Positions 26,478 through 38,700 of a stretch of 64,000 nucleotides of DNA are shown one piece after another. The translations under genes were made by a program, and so were the position numbers. The stretch lies in assembly GCA_026023565.1 (NCBI GenBank), contig JAPETS010000006.1:310001-374000 (forward strand), given 5' to 3'. Position 1 is the first letter of the stretch. Each line of letters starts with the position of its first letter. The notes under the pieces are model-generated. The model saw nothing but the letters and a program-made list of their open reading frames with translations. It was not told the origin of the DNA and did not search any database. The stretch comes from Cirrosporium novae-zelandiae. Taxonomy: Eukaryota.

Positions 26478-29400
26478 CTAAAAAGCATCATTAACAATAT
26501 CCCTCAACACCGGTCGATTCCTCAACAAGCCCCTCGCATCTGTCTTCCCAGCCTTGTTCGGAATTTTCGAGTTCTTTTTATTCACGCCGCTTGCTTTAAG
26601 CGGTGACAATGCGGTTCGAGGTTTTCCGATCTTTTTGGATGGTGATTGTGGTGGTGATGGTGAGGTGGGGGATTGCTTCTTCTTCTTGTTCTTCTTGTTT
26701 GGGCTCGATGATGATGATAATGATAGAGATAATGATAAGGATGTCGTCGCCTGCGAAGCCAATTTATCAAATACGTGCATACCCAGGGCTCCATTAGGCA
26801 AATTGTAAATCCAACCCTTGGCTTCCATAAGTCCCAAGAACTTGCGCATGAGCTCATCCGACTCGAGAGTCGATTTGCTCCCTAGGATTAGTAACTTGGT
26901 CCTCGCTCTCGTAAACGCCACGTTAACCCGTCTCCAATCCTTTAGCAAATCCCCTACATTCTTCTGCTCGTTACTGCGCACGAGCGAGAGGAGTATGATT
27001 TCCTTGTCACGGCCCTGGAAGCGGTCGGCTGTGTGGATTTCGACTGCCGCTTCACTGCCACCACTGCCGTGGTGGCGCTGCTCTTGTTTTAGGAGTGCGA
27101 GTTGTGAACGATAGAGTGTTATAATTCCGATTTCTGTTGCGGGGACGCCAGTTGCGAGGAAGGCATCGACGAGCTGCGAACAGAGTTTTACTTCGGTGGG
27201 GTTTATGATGCGCGAGCCGAATGCGGACTCTCGGGATAGGGGGAGGAGGGAATCTGTGTTTATGAAGGTGGCTTTGGTGCTGGGGGAGATTAGATCTTGC
27301 AGCCAGCATTTGCTGTTGCCGTTTGCGGAGCCGAGGCAGGATGGCTGGGTTGTAAATGGGTCTTCGTGGTGAAATTGCTTTAGGTGGGATATGTTGGGGA
27401 TGGAGAGAGAGCGAGTTGCAACTTTTTCTGTGCCGCATTTCAATCTGCCGTTATAGATTAAGGTGTTGGATAGGAGCATCACTTCTTGACACATTCGGTA
27501 TTGATGTTCTAGGTTCACAACTGAGGATGGCTGCTTGTCGGAGAGTAGTTTGAACAGACTGATATCTAATCCGCCTTCCAGAGCCTCCTTGTTCTGTACG
27601 AGAGGAGGTAGCTGATTGTGATCTCCCACTAGAATAAAAGTCTTAGCTAGGCGGATCGGCCCAAGGCACACAGGCAGAGTGATTTGCGAAGCTTCATCGA
27701 CGATGCAGTAATCGAAAATACGTTCGTTGAATACTGGATGATTCACCCCTAGACAGGTAGTAGCCACAATCCGGGAATTCTCGTACGAGTCACGCAAATC
27801 TTCAAAGGATTTCTTCCGCTGACCACTCAGATCTGCGAACTGTTGAACATCTGGGTGAACTTTAGCGAGTGCGCCTATGCGGAATATCTTGAAACCATCG
27901 TTGCGAATTTTGAGGAGAATGTTGTCCACGGCGTTGTGGGTATAGGAGGTTAGTAGAACACTCTTGCCTTGTGAGACCAATGCTCGAAGAATATGCACAA
28001 TCGTTGTGGTTTTCCCAGTGCCGGGCATTCCAAGGACAAGAGCATAGTCTCGAGCACTCATGACTTTTTCAATAGCATTCTTCTGATCTACGTTGAGCGA
28101 TGCCTGACTTGCAGAAGGAAGCACATTGTAAGCCGACGGCGACGGCTTAAATGTTGGTGCAACGCCATCGATGATCAACTTCCGCAGTTCTGGAGCACGG
28201 AAAAGATCCTTTTCCATCAATCGGGCTAAGTTGTTGCGAACTGTAGCCATGCCATTGCTGAACTCATCCTTGTCTAGACGATATACGACTGGCTCTGCTC
28301 CATCTCGAGTACTCTTCGAAGATTTTCTATTCCTGGAGGTGCTTGGTATTCCCGCAAACACTTGACGTTTCAATCTATCAAAGCCCGATTCTTTGGCACG
28401 TACATTGTGTAGATGCCGATCAACGGCCACTGTTATTCGTTTGGGCCTGATTTCAGTAACATAGCCATTGGCAAAGGCAAAATGTCCCTTTTCATCCGAT
28501 ATAACGATTGGTTCGCCGACAGTGATCTCAGATTCTCCAAAACTGAACCCAGATGCTGGATGCTGCTTGCTAAAGGTATATCGGAATCGGTTGATCTTCT
28601 CCCAGTCTCTGTCTTCGTGAGATAGCTCCGGCTCAATGACAAGTCCTGCATAGCATCTCCCAAGCTGTTCTCGTTCGGGGCCGAGCATAGTCCACAGCTC
28701 TCTACGAAATCTGAAAGCAGCACTCTCTTCTTTTGTCAGGAGATCATCCCACTTCGTAAAGAATTCTTTGTCTCTGGAGTTTAAGTGTTTGACCTCATCC
28801 TCAAACTTCTCCTTTAACCCGCTAGTTTCTCCGTTGCCATCTTCAACTAGTCGATGATAGGTGAAACAAGCAGATTTTGCATAGCACCTTCCGCATAGCT
28901 GAGGATTCTTCAACATAGGTGGAAGTTCTGTGCGGTTCCGGGAATAGCACGCCAGCTCATTACGTTGCTGTATCATCGCTGTAATTTCTCGACGGATAGC
29001 AGGGACACGGAACGTCTCCGCCCTTTCCATGTAGTACAGAACACCGTACACAACCTCTATGTCTATAAAAATGTTAATATCAGGGTAACTCGGATATGAT
29101 TAGAACGAAACCCACCATAGCGGTCCGAGAGAAGGAGAGTGTAGAGAGCTGTCTGAGCTCTATGTGCAATATTTGCATTTTTTCCCGATTTCAATTCGAA
29201 AGGAATAGCAAGTGTCTTCTCTTCTCCATCTTCCCTCATCGCGATTTGTACGGTTGCATCAATGTTGCCTTTGAGACCATACATGGGCGACCATATGTGC
29301 TCTTCGACATCAAGTAGCTTGTTTATGCTAATAGTAACATTATTTCCTCTATCTTGCACAACAGCACCGGCCTTGATAGATTAGCACTTTTCTAATCAAC

Positions 29401-31856
29401 CTAGCAGAGTATTCTCACCTTTGGTCGCAGTCCTACAAACTCTCGAGCCCATCCACTAAGTGCTGGCATCTTGCTCTGCAAATGTTCCACGGCGTCTGGA
29501 ATTTGCACATGGATCTCATAAAGTTTTTCAAGATGTTTTGGAATTAAGCTCTCAATAATTCCATGGAGAAATTTGATATCCCACTGACCAGCTTTCATTG
29601 CTTCCTGGAAGACCTCATGGAGCATTTGCCCATAAACCAGAGGCTTATTTGCTTCGCTCGTGGCTTTGATCCGGGTTTGCAAGACCGCTCGGCGTACACA
29701 GTTGAAGGCGTCTGCCACGGTTGTGGTACTGATCAAATGGTCTGGATGGAGTATAATTAAGTTGTGGATATCGTCAACAATGCATTGGCCACGACAATCG
29801 AAATTTCCTATGAGATGCACATAAGATCCCTTCGCACATAGTGTATCAAACCAGGAGTCGCGAAGAAGGATTGCCTTGCTAGAGCGCTGTTTTTCATCTT
29901 GGACCAAGACAACCTTAGAAACTGGGTTAGATGACCAAAACAGAAGACAGGAACAAGGTACTGCTTACTTTCTCCGGACGTAGTTGACCTTTACTTGTTT
30001 CAAATTCGCCTTCAGCAACAGATTTGATAAGGTAGCGTTGAATTTTTCGTGAATCGCGTCTAATCTACTATATCGTTAACTATATATCGCCATAATCATC
30101 ATCATCACCAAAGGCCTCTTCAGCCGCTATAATGTCGAGACGACGTACATATTCTTCCTTGTCGCTTTCAGTGAAATGGGGCCAACTCTCAATTTGGGAA
30201 ATTGTGCGAAGATCTTCTACCTGCATCTCCTGGCATACGCAATCCTTCGAATCACAATAAAATCTGTCCGCTGGACTAGAATGTTGTACTTTGGTCTCCA
30301 CATCAGTTGGAAGAACAGAACCATCTGATGTAGGCTGCGTATCATATTGCGCTGCAAGATCCTCTAACCCAGCAGCAAAGTCATCATCATCGTCGTCACC
30401 AAACTTGTCACTGCTGGGACTTTGCGGCATAGCATTTTGGAGGTCATTTTTCTTATTTGATTCAGGCCCTCTGGAAATATTGGTGTTCGTGGTATCATAG
30501 CTTGCGTGTATTGCGGGCTCGGGAGCAGGTCCACTAATTATATTTGGTTTAATGCTGTCATTCGCCGTCACCGCGGACTCAATCATTTCTGTAGCTTCAA
30601 GCAAATCCATGTCAAAGTCGTCCCCGCCGAAGTCAGAATCATCGTTATCGTCATCTAGAGATGGACCCTTCTCAGGGTCTATGTGTTGATCATGTTCAGT
30701 TGTATTGATAGTCGGTTCGAGGTGGAGAATTTGAATAGGCTCGTTTAAGGCATTGGCCGCAGTCGGTCTTTGTAGAGGTGAACCGGGATAGTAAGCTGCA
30801 GGATTCCCTCGACCTGGTAAAGGTGACGAGCTTGAAAATAACATATGCTCCTCCTTTTGTAGTGGTGCAGTAAGGCTCTCTTCGATTTTCTCGACTAGGA
30901 AAGTAAGTCGGGAAACCTTAGCTTGATCGTGATCGTCTTCATTTTGAGTATCATCGGGTATGCCCGGTTCCTGAACCCGCCGTCTCTTTGCTCTAGATAT
31001 CGGCCACACATTACCGCAACTCACTGACCTTTGCAGGCTCCTGCTAGAATTTGATGATGGGGAGCTTTTGAGAATTTCCATAGCTGGCGTCATTCCAGCA
31101 CCATATGTAGGTTTCTCACAGCTATCTTCTGCAAACCGTTTAAGGAGATCTGCAGCACGGTTGTTCTGTGGAGTCTTCACCGAGTGCTGAAATCTTCTAA
31201 TGAAGCTCGATGAGTCGTTTTGGGAGGAGATTGGAGACGAACTTCGCGCCCTTTTCTTTCGACGACCTGACATCGCAGGCGTCGCCAATGAACTAGCCAT
31301 ATCACAGTCCTGCGGCGAATTACTCCATGATACCTTTTCTTCTTCTGGCTCAATTTGATCCATTTCCTTGGTTATATTGTTATCATTATCACCGATGAGA
31401 TCCTGCAAAGGGAGTCTACCGGACGGTGTCGTTGGACAGTCATTTCGAGTAGTCGCTTTTTCCTCATTTTCAGATGTATTAATTGAAGTAGACACGTCTA
31501 CAGAAGGTTTATGCTGGCTTTGCTTCGAGAGGGGCCTGTTTTCTTTTTCGGACACTGCGGGGAGGGGAGGGGTTTCTTTTGGGATTTGTTTCGGATTGCC
31601 TGAGAATTCGAAGACCTTCAACTTGGACTTTGTCTGGGTCGAAGCAGCTATTACTGGCATTGCAGGTATTGCGGGCTTGTTTTCCTTGACGGAGTGGTCA
31701 TCACGCGCGTAATGTTTCGCGTAGTGGTTAGATTGCCGATACGGGCGAGCCTTTAGAATTGAGCGACGGAACAAATAATATATGATTTTGAATTATCTCT
31801 GCACTTACCTTTGACTTATGGTCCTGTTCAAAAAAGGACTTTTGGCGAGATGACAT
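26478..31856 (-). CDS. DNA2: DNA replication ATP-dependent helicase/nuclease Dna2; about 6 exons
   Basis: LHPDHLIS.T.VADAF.C.RR, DVEEHIWSPMYGLKGNIDAT, PFELKSG, Fe-S cysteines C..CYAK.AC, GMPGTGKTT, DEASQ, VGDHNQLPP, FQGRDK, RVNVAFTRA; long disordered N-terminus. Confidence 0.96.
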
Positions 31857-31928
31857 TGGATTGTGGTGAGGTAGATAGAGGAGGTTGATGGAGCATCGAT
31901 CTCCGGCTAATGAGTTTCGGTACTTCCA

Positions 31929-31952
31929 ACGCGATACACAATAACGACGCGA
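31929..31952. promoter_or_regulatory. Two MCB-like (ACGCG) cell-cycle elements upstream of DNA2
   Basis: ACGCGA at 31929 and 31947, 70-95 bp upstream of the DNA2 ATG; fits known MBF control of fungal replication genes. Confidence 0.5.
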
Positions 31953-32552
31953 CAAAATCAACACGGTCACCAAGGCACGTGACTTTATATCTTATCCGTC
32001 TTTTTAATGTTTATTATTCCCCCAGATCCCAAGGAAATCCCAGGAAGCAGGGGAAAAAGGTAAATAGGGAAAAGGAGTCAATGGAAAGTGAAGCTAGAGT
32101 AATCCTTTAAGAAATCAAAGTTTGGTAGATATCATTATAATTCCTAATTCCTCCTGCCCGAGAAGTGTATTATACATACAACAGTGTTAAGCTGGACTTT
32201 ATGCTTCACCCATGGCTAAAATTTAGGGATCAATTGGGTTTAGCTCGAAACCGGGGGGTACTCATCAACTTTCTGCCGAGAAGAGGGGAAAGGATCCCGA
32301 TGGACAGCCGAATTCGGGCGAGGGTGCGGTGATTCCTCTTGGGTCACCTTTCACACAGCGATCAAGAAGCAATTGGAAAATTCTTAAACTGCTTATAGAT
32401 TTCTTGCTTGTCATAACTCTCCACTAGATCCAATAATTTTTTCTAAAAAAAAGAATCTTCTAGATATTGTTTCTTCCTGTTATTGCTGAACATTCTTTAC
32501 CACCGCTTTCTATATACATCTTCCAGAGCTTGGTGTGACTCCTACAAGAAAA

Positions 32553-33743
32553 ATGTCGACTGATAAACCACTTCCATTCCAGTACCAGTTTGCAGCTGGC
32601 GCTGTGGCTGGAGTGTCAGAAGTAAGTATCCGAAAGATGTCAATACTTGGTAACAAGTTAGTTACTAATTTGAAGCGCTTCTTAGATCCTGGTGATGTGC
32701 GTATCCTACTAGCTTTCGCCGCCCTACATTATCCTACATGTCTTCTAACTATATTCTCTATCTAGGTACCCCCTTGATGTCGTGAAGACTCGAGTGTAAG
32801 CGATGGCTATCCTGAATGCATAGAGAACACTAAGAAGCTAATATCATGAAAGACAATTACAAAAAGGCAAAGCCGCTGGAGAGGAGGGGTACAATGGAAT
32901 GTTGGACTGTTTCCGAAAAATCATAAAGAATGAAGGGTAATATCCGCTTTGTAAATCATTATGGATCAATAGCTGAGGCCGTCCAGTTTTTCACGATTAT
33001 ACCGTGGCATAACGGCTCCAATCCTTATGGAAGCCCCCAAAAGGTAGTATGCTCCCCCTAGGACTTTTTCACACATTCTTACATTGACAAGGGCTACTAA
33101 ATTCGCGGCCAACGATGAGTGGGGAAAGTTCTACAGAAATATATTCGGCGTTGCCAAAATGAACCAGCAATTATCCGTCTTAACGGGTGCTACGGCCGGC
33201 GCAACGGAAGCTTTGGTAGTCGTACCCTTTGAGTTGGTTAAGATTAGATTGCAAGACAAAGCGCAGGCGCACAAATATAACGGCATGATCGATTGCGTGA
33301 CCAAGATTATCAAAAACGAGGGTCTTCTTGCTATGTACAACGGTCTGGAGAGCACCGTCTGGCGACACGTCCTCTGGAATGCAGGCTACTTCGGTTGCAT
33401 CTTCCAGGTTCGGGCGCAACTTCCCAAGGCTGAAACGAGGCAGAAGCAAATGCTGAACGATGTCCTTGCCGGAGCAACCGGAGGCACCGTTGGAACAATC
33501 ATAAACACTCCCATGGATGTCGTTAAATCAAGAATTCAAAACTCGGCCAAGGTTGCCGGCCAAGCACCGAAATACAACTGGGCGTGGCCAGCAGTAGGGA
33601 CGGTCATGAAGGAGGAGGGATTCAGCGCATTGTACAAGGGTTTCTTGCCCAAGGTCCTTCGGTTAGGTCCAGGAGGCGGTATTCTTCTCGTCGTTTTCAC
33701 GGGCGTGATGGATTTTTTCAGGAAAATAAGGGGTGATACGTGA
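32553..33743 (+). CDS. ODC2: Mitochondrial 2-oxodicarboxylate carrier (SLC25, Odc1/Odc2 family); 6 exons including an 11-nt micro-exon
   Basis: KPLPFQYQFAAGAVAGVSE-ILVMYPLDVVKTRVQ, MEAPKRATKF, PFELVKIRLQ, PMDVVKSRIQ, KYNWAWP, LRLGPGGGILLVVF. Confidence 0.92.
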
Positions 33744-34064
33744 GGAGTCGATATTTCTGTGATGTCGGTTTTTATACCCTGATAAACACACCGACAACTT
33801 AGGCGTGGGACCCGTATAGCATACAGCGGACTATAGATAGATGGTCATCGGCGTAGGACACGATATCTTGACCACTCAATGCATTAGTTCCATTCTCGTC
33901 ATCGAAGTGCCATCATATCAAACCCATAGAATCGCTCGTTCACAGCGTAAGCGTCAAGAAAAGGAATGGTAGCGCGAGGATATTATCCAAATACGTGCCT
34001 CAAATCTTACCCCCTCACTCACTTCGCCATCCTCATTGCCCAACCAACCAACCAACCTTCGCAA

Positions 34065-34109
34065 TCACTCACTCACTCACTCACTCACTCACTCACTCAC
34101 TCACTCACT
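34065..34109. repeat. (CACT)n tetranucleotide microsatellite
   Basis: About 11 tandem copies abutting the ankyrin gene stop codon. Confidence 0.92.
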
Positions 34110-34821
34110 CCACCCGCCTCTTGACCTCCCTATCCGACTCACCCCCAACCCCAACCCCCCTAACAGCATCCTCAACCAAACTCCTCAACGCCCTCTGGCC
34201 CTCCTCGCCATGAAAATCCTCTCTGGAAGCCAACTCCTCGATCCTCCTACGGAACCCCTCATCCACACCCCCAGCCTCTGCTTCTGGCGGCGCCTGCTCC
34301 ATAACCCCAACATTCACACTAACATTAGGCGGCAGCGGCGGAGGCGGATGAATCCCATCCTCTCTCTCACTACCATTCCTACCTTCAGCAACAATATCCG
34401 CGCCACTATCACTACTACCAGCACCAGCACCAGCACCACTCCCTTCCACCTCCCTCAAAAACGCTACAATCGCCCTCCACTCCCCCTCCCCCTCCTCCTC
34501 GATCCGCTGCACTGCCCGCACACCCTCCCCATTCACCACGCTTATATCAACACCCAACTCCTCCACCAAACACCTCGCCGCCCCCACAGTCTCAACGACA
34601 AAAAGCGCCGTCTCGCCATCCTCGTCGAGCAGATTCACATTGACGCCGAAGTCGCGCACTAGCGCTCGTAGTAGCGGGAGGTGGTTGTAGGAGGCTGCGG
34701 CGTGTAGGAGGGAGTAACCGTGCGCGTCTTGTTGGGAGGCGAGATGAGGGTTTGAGTAGAGGAGGGGGAGGAGCGCGGGGGAGTTAGAGGCTGCTAGGTG
34801 GAAGGGATTGGGTTCTGCCAT
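34105..34821 (-). CDS. Small ankyrin-repeat protein (YCR051W-like family)
   Basis: NPFHLAAS, DAHGYSLLHAAASYNHLPLLRALV, VNLLDEDGETALFVVET, C-terminal DEGFRRRIEELA...LRSLVEDAV. Confidence 0.85.
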   Translation of the reverse strand: MAEPNPFHLAASNSPALLPLLYSNPHLASQQDAHGYSLLHAAASYNHLPLLRALVRDFGVNVNLLDEDGETALFVVETVGAARCLVEELGVDISVVNGEGVRAVQRIEEEGEGEWRAIVAFLREVEGSGAGAGAGSSDSGADIVAEGRNGSEREDGIHPPPPLPPNVSVNVGVMEQAPPEAEAGGVDEGFRRRIEELASREDFHGEEGQRALRSLVEDAVRGVGVGGESDREVKRRVE

Positions 34822-35734
34822 CTTTTTTTTGCTATGTGGGTGGGTAGGGGGCTTTTTTGTGTGAAGTTGAGCTGGAGGGGGTCTTTGGTTGGGGTTGATA
34901 TGGTTGTGTAATATGATAACGCTGTTTTGGATGAAATGAAAAAAAAAAGTTTTTGGTTGTGGGTGGGGGGCGTTGATAGGACTGTGGGGTAACGGATGGT
35001 GATTAACCCCCCCGGCATTTGGAGTCTGTGTGACACTGCCAACAACACTGGAAGCTTGGAGCTACTTTCTATTCATATCACTCACTACCACATTAATATA
35101 ATTACCTAAGTTCTTGATAGTCTAATTGATACTATAAGTTCATCTATATCTACGTAGCTCGTTACTCTTTATTACTATCATTTACATATCAATCATTCTT
35201 ATTCATTTGTTTTCATAACATCAGAACGAATAGAGCTAATCATCCAATTTCAACCCAAAAACTTTCATAATAATAATAGTCATAACAAGGAGTTTCAGGC
35301 TTTCCGGTCGTAGAATCGTTTTGTTTCCCTTTCCATAATCCGCATATTATACGTAGCCGCCCTCATATCATACCACCTGAAACAAACTCGAAGGGGGTAT
35401 ATGTATTAGGACAACAAGCAGCTGCAGAATAGGAAGACATGAATCCAAAGGATTGAAAGAGCGTCATCGCTATCGTAAATCATCACTACCTGACGTGGTA
35501 GGTAAGAGTAACCGGAAGAATACTAAGGAGAAGGAAGGGATCTTTCGTTTCTCCGCTTCTCATGCCCCCGTCCCATGATAGGATTGAAAAATAGTGGTCA
35601 TCACCAAGCCTGACCCGCTCCGTCGCAATGCAAGTATAACCAATCAGTCGTCTGTCTGTCGTTTCGTGAATTCCAATATATGCTGTACAGATCCGAACCA
35701 GCAGATCACCTCGATTTCCTACTTTTTAAAGTCT

Positions 35735-38700
35735 TCACCTCCCCATTCGTTTGAACCAGCTATTCTTTTTCGCTTTTACTGGAGGCTCTTTTCCATCATA
35801 AGTCTTCATCCCTGGGCCCAACGTGAATCCAACTCCAGCAGGTTCATTCTCCTGGTCTTGGTGAGCATGACCCTCACTACGAGGCTCGCTACCTTTATGA
35901 GATCGCCTCGATTCTTTGCGGCGTTTATACCCCTCGAGTTCCTGTGGAGTCATGTTCGCATATCGCGCTTCGCGACGGGCGCGTCGGCGAGCTCGGCGGA
36001 TCTCTTCTTCTTCTTCGGATTCGTTTGCGAAGGCAGGATCGTTGGGGTCGGGAAGGGGGTCAAGTACAGTGGCCGTGATCGGTGGTGGTTCTGCAGGCTC
36101 GATTATTTGGGAGTTCACCCATGAAGAGGTTTTGTCTGTCCCACCTGTGTGGGACGGATCTGCAGGAGAGTTGGCAGCATCTTCAGCAACTGGTACGGCA
36201 GCTCCGTCAGCTCCATTAGGATAATCGCCGTTCCGAGGGTCGAAGTAATCATCTATAGGAGGAGTCTTTTCCTTGTGACGGCTGGATTTCTCGCCAGGCG
36301 TACGATGCGAGCGATGTTTGCGTTCTGATTTCCGGCGATGGCGTTCATTATCATCCTCCATGGGTTGAACAACAATAGGTTTACTCGTATGAGGACGGCG
36401 ACGGCTTGATCGGTGGTGTCTTGGGGATACCTCTTCACCATTCAGTTCGGCTTCAGCCTCTACATGCCGATCACGTCTTTTTGATTTTCGTTCTGCAGTT
36501 TGTTCTTCTGCTAATTGAGCTTCGCGTTCGTCTTTGGCAATCCGTTCAGCAGCGCGTTCCTCCCTTGCAGACCTACGCACTCGTTTCTCTTCTTGTCTTC
36601 GGGCTTCTCGATCATCGTCGTCCCGTTCACGCTTTGTCCTCGACTCTCGGGCAGCTTTTCGAGCTTCGTGCTCGGCTTTCTTCTCGTCCCTTCGCCTTGC
36701 CTTTCTATCCTCCATTTCTTTTGCAGCAAGATCCTCCGGCTCCTGAGCGGCAGCTTCCTTAGCAGCCCGTCTTGCCCTACGTCTTTCTCTTCGTGCATCA
36801 GCCTCTACGTCCATGTCAACACCGCCAGCAGGAGGTGCATCAGTAACGACCCCTTCACCATCTGTTTCGGCCCGGTCTCGATGTGAATGACGAAGCTTCC
36901 GGCTTTCTCGTCGTAGGCGTCGTCCATCATCCTCTTCCCGATCTCGATCCAGATCACGACGCACAGGCTTACTCTTTGAAGGCTCATGAACTTCTTCGCC
37001 ACGTTTAGGCTTACGGAGCGACCCAAACAACCCCTTTAGTCCAGTCGATGTTCGCTTGAGCGGTGGTGGTTCTTCAGGGTTTTCAACGAAAGCTATATCG
37101 TCTGGACTAGTAACGATGTCGGGATATTCGTTCGAAGGACCGGCTTCCACCATGATAATGTCATCATCTCCTTTCGATTTGGCCCGGGGCTGTACATATT
37201 TGGTCCTACCGTTAGTAACAACCCTAGCAAATTGTGGTTCCCAAGAAGGCCTGGATACACAAGGAGGGATAAAAACAGGCTTAAAATCTCTAGGAGCTAC
37301 TACCGGTGGTATAAAATCAGTGCGTACCTCATGTTTGGGTTTACGATGATGTTTGCGCTTTTTGCGAGCATCTTCTTCAGTGTGAAAAATTGGCGGTGGG
37401 GGTGTTGGATCACCTTCTTCAGGCTGATCTTCGGGAACATTGATCATGACCATGTCATCATCATCTATGGCATAAGGATCAGGTATGGCTAATTTCTCAT
37501 CAGTGTGATACACATTAACAGAAAATAAGTAGAGTTTACCTCTTTGTTTGCCTCGAGTCGATGATTTCCTGTGGTGGTGGTGTCTTGAAGAACCAGCACC
37601 CATCATCTTTGCTGCTTTTGAGGCCATCTCCGGAGTTTCTTCTGGGGGCGGCGAGGGGAACGCCGCATCCATATCGATAGATTCCCGCCGTGATTTTGTT
37701 CGAGTAGATTTTGTTCTTGCAGGGGGATGAGCGCCAAATAGAGGGAAGCTATGCCCTTTCGAAGTAGAGGGTCTAGATTTGGAATACTTCTCTTTTTCAG
37801 ACTCGGATGACCTAGGGGACGTCCTCTCGGCCTCCTTCGCCACTTTAGTTGACTTGGAACGACTGAGATGGGGCCGTTCCTTTTCTCTTGAGTCTTTGGA
37901 GGATTTTTCGGCTTCCGAATCATATTTTGATTTGTGTGCTTTCCTCGATTCTTTCTTTGGTGGTGATGCAGGAGCACCTCCCCAGAATCCCCAAGATGGA
38001 GCCGTTTGATCCTTAATAGCTTTCGCACGCTTAGGAGATTTAGTGATTATAGGCTCCTCTGGCGGAGGTGTCGGCGGATTGGGGGCTTCAGGAACTTCGG
38101 GGCTGTCAGGATTGTCAGAGAATTCGGCCCCTTCATGTTGATGTTCTTCAGGTTCCTCGGGTTCTGCGGGTTCTGCGGGTTCACCAGCTTCCTCAAAAAC
38201 ATCTGGTTCTTCGGGTGCTTCTGAAACTTCGATGGGGCCCTTTTTAGTCTTAACAGGCTCCTTAGTTTTGTGGCTCTTCTTGTCCTTCTTCTTATCTTTC
38301 TTGCTGTGTTTCTTCTCCACGGGTGGGGGAGGTGGAGGAGGAGCCATGTCGATTATTTCTTCTGCAGAGTCGTCCGGGAAGCCGCCGGGGAGTGGATCTC
38401 CAAAGTCCCTTGCCTCCTCCACGGGTGGAGGTGATGGATCCCTTCTCTTGGATGACTTGGATTTTGATGATCTTTCCTTTTTGGGTGGGTAGTCAAGTAC
38501 CTCTGGCTCGTCGACTATTGGCTCTGGTTCTGGCTCTGGTGGTTCTGGAACTAGAATGTTAAGACCTCTAACACGATCTTTATCTTTCTTCTTGTCTTTT
38601 GACTTTGATTTTTCCTTCTCTAGGGTTTTTATTTTCTCCGCGATAGCATGTTTTGAAGAAGATTTTGATTTAGAGGACAACTTTTTGGAGGTGGGTGCTG

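Noticed and set aside
34036..34662. 208-aa + strand ORF with HSLT repeats
   Set aside because: Translation of a (CACT)n microsatellite and the antisense of the ankyrin gene
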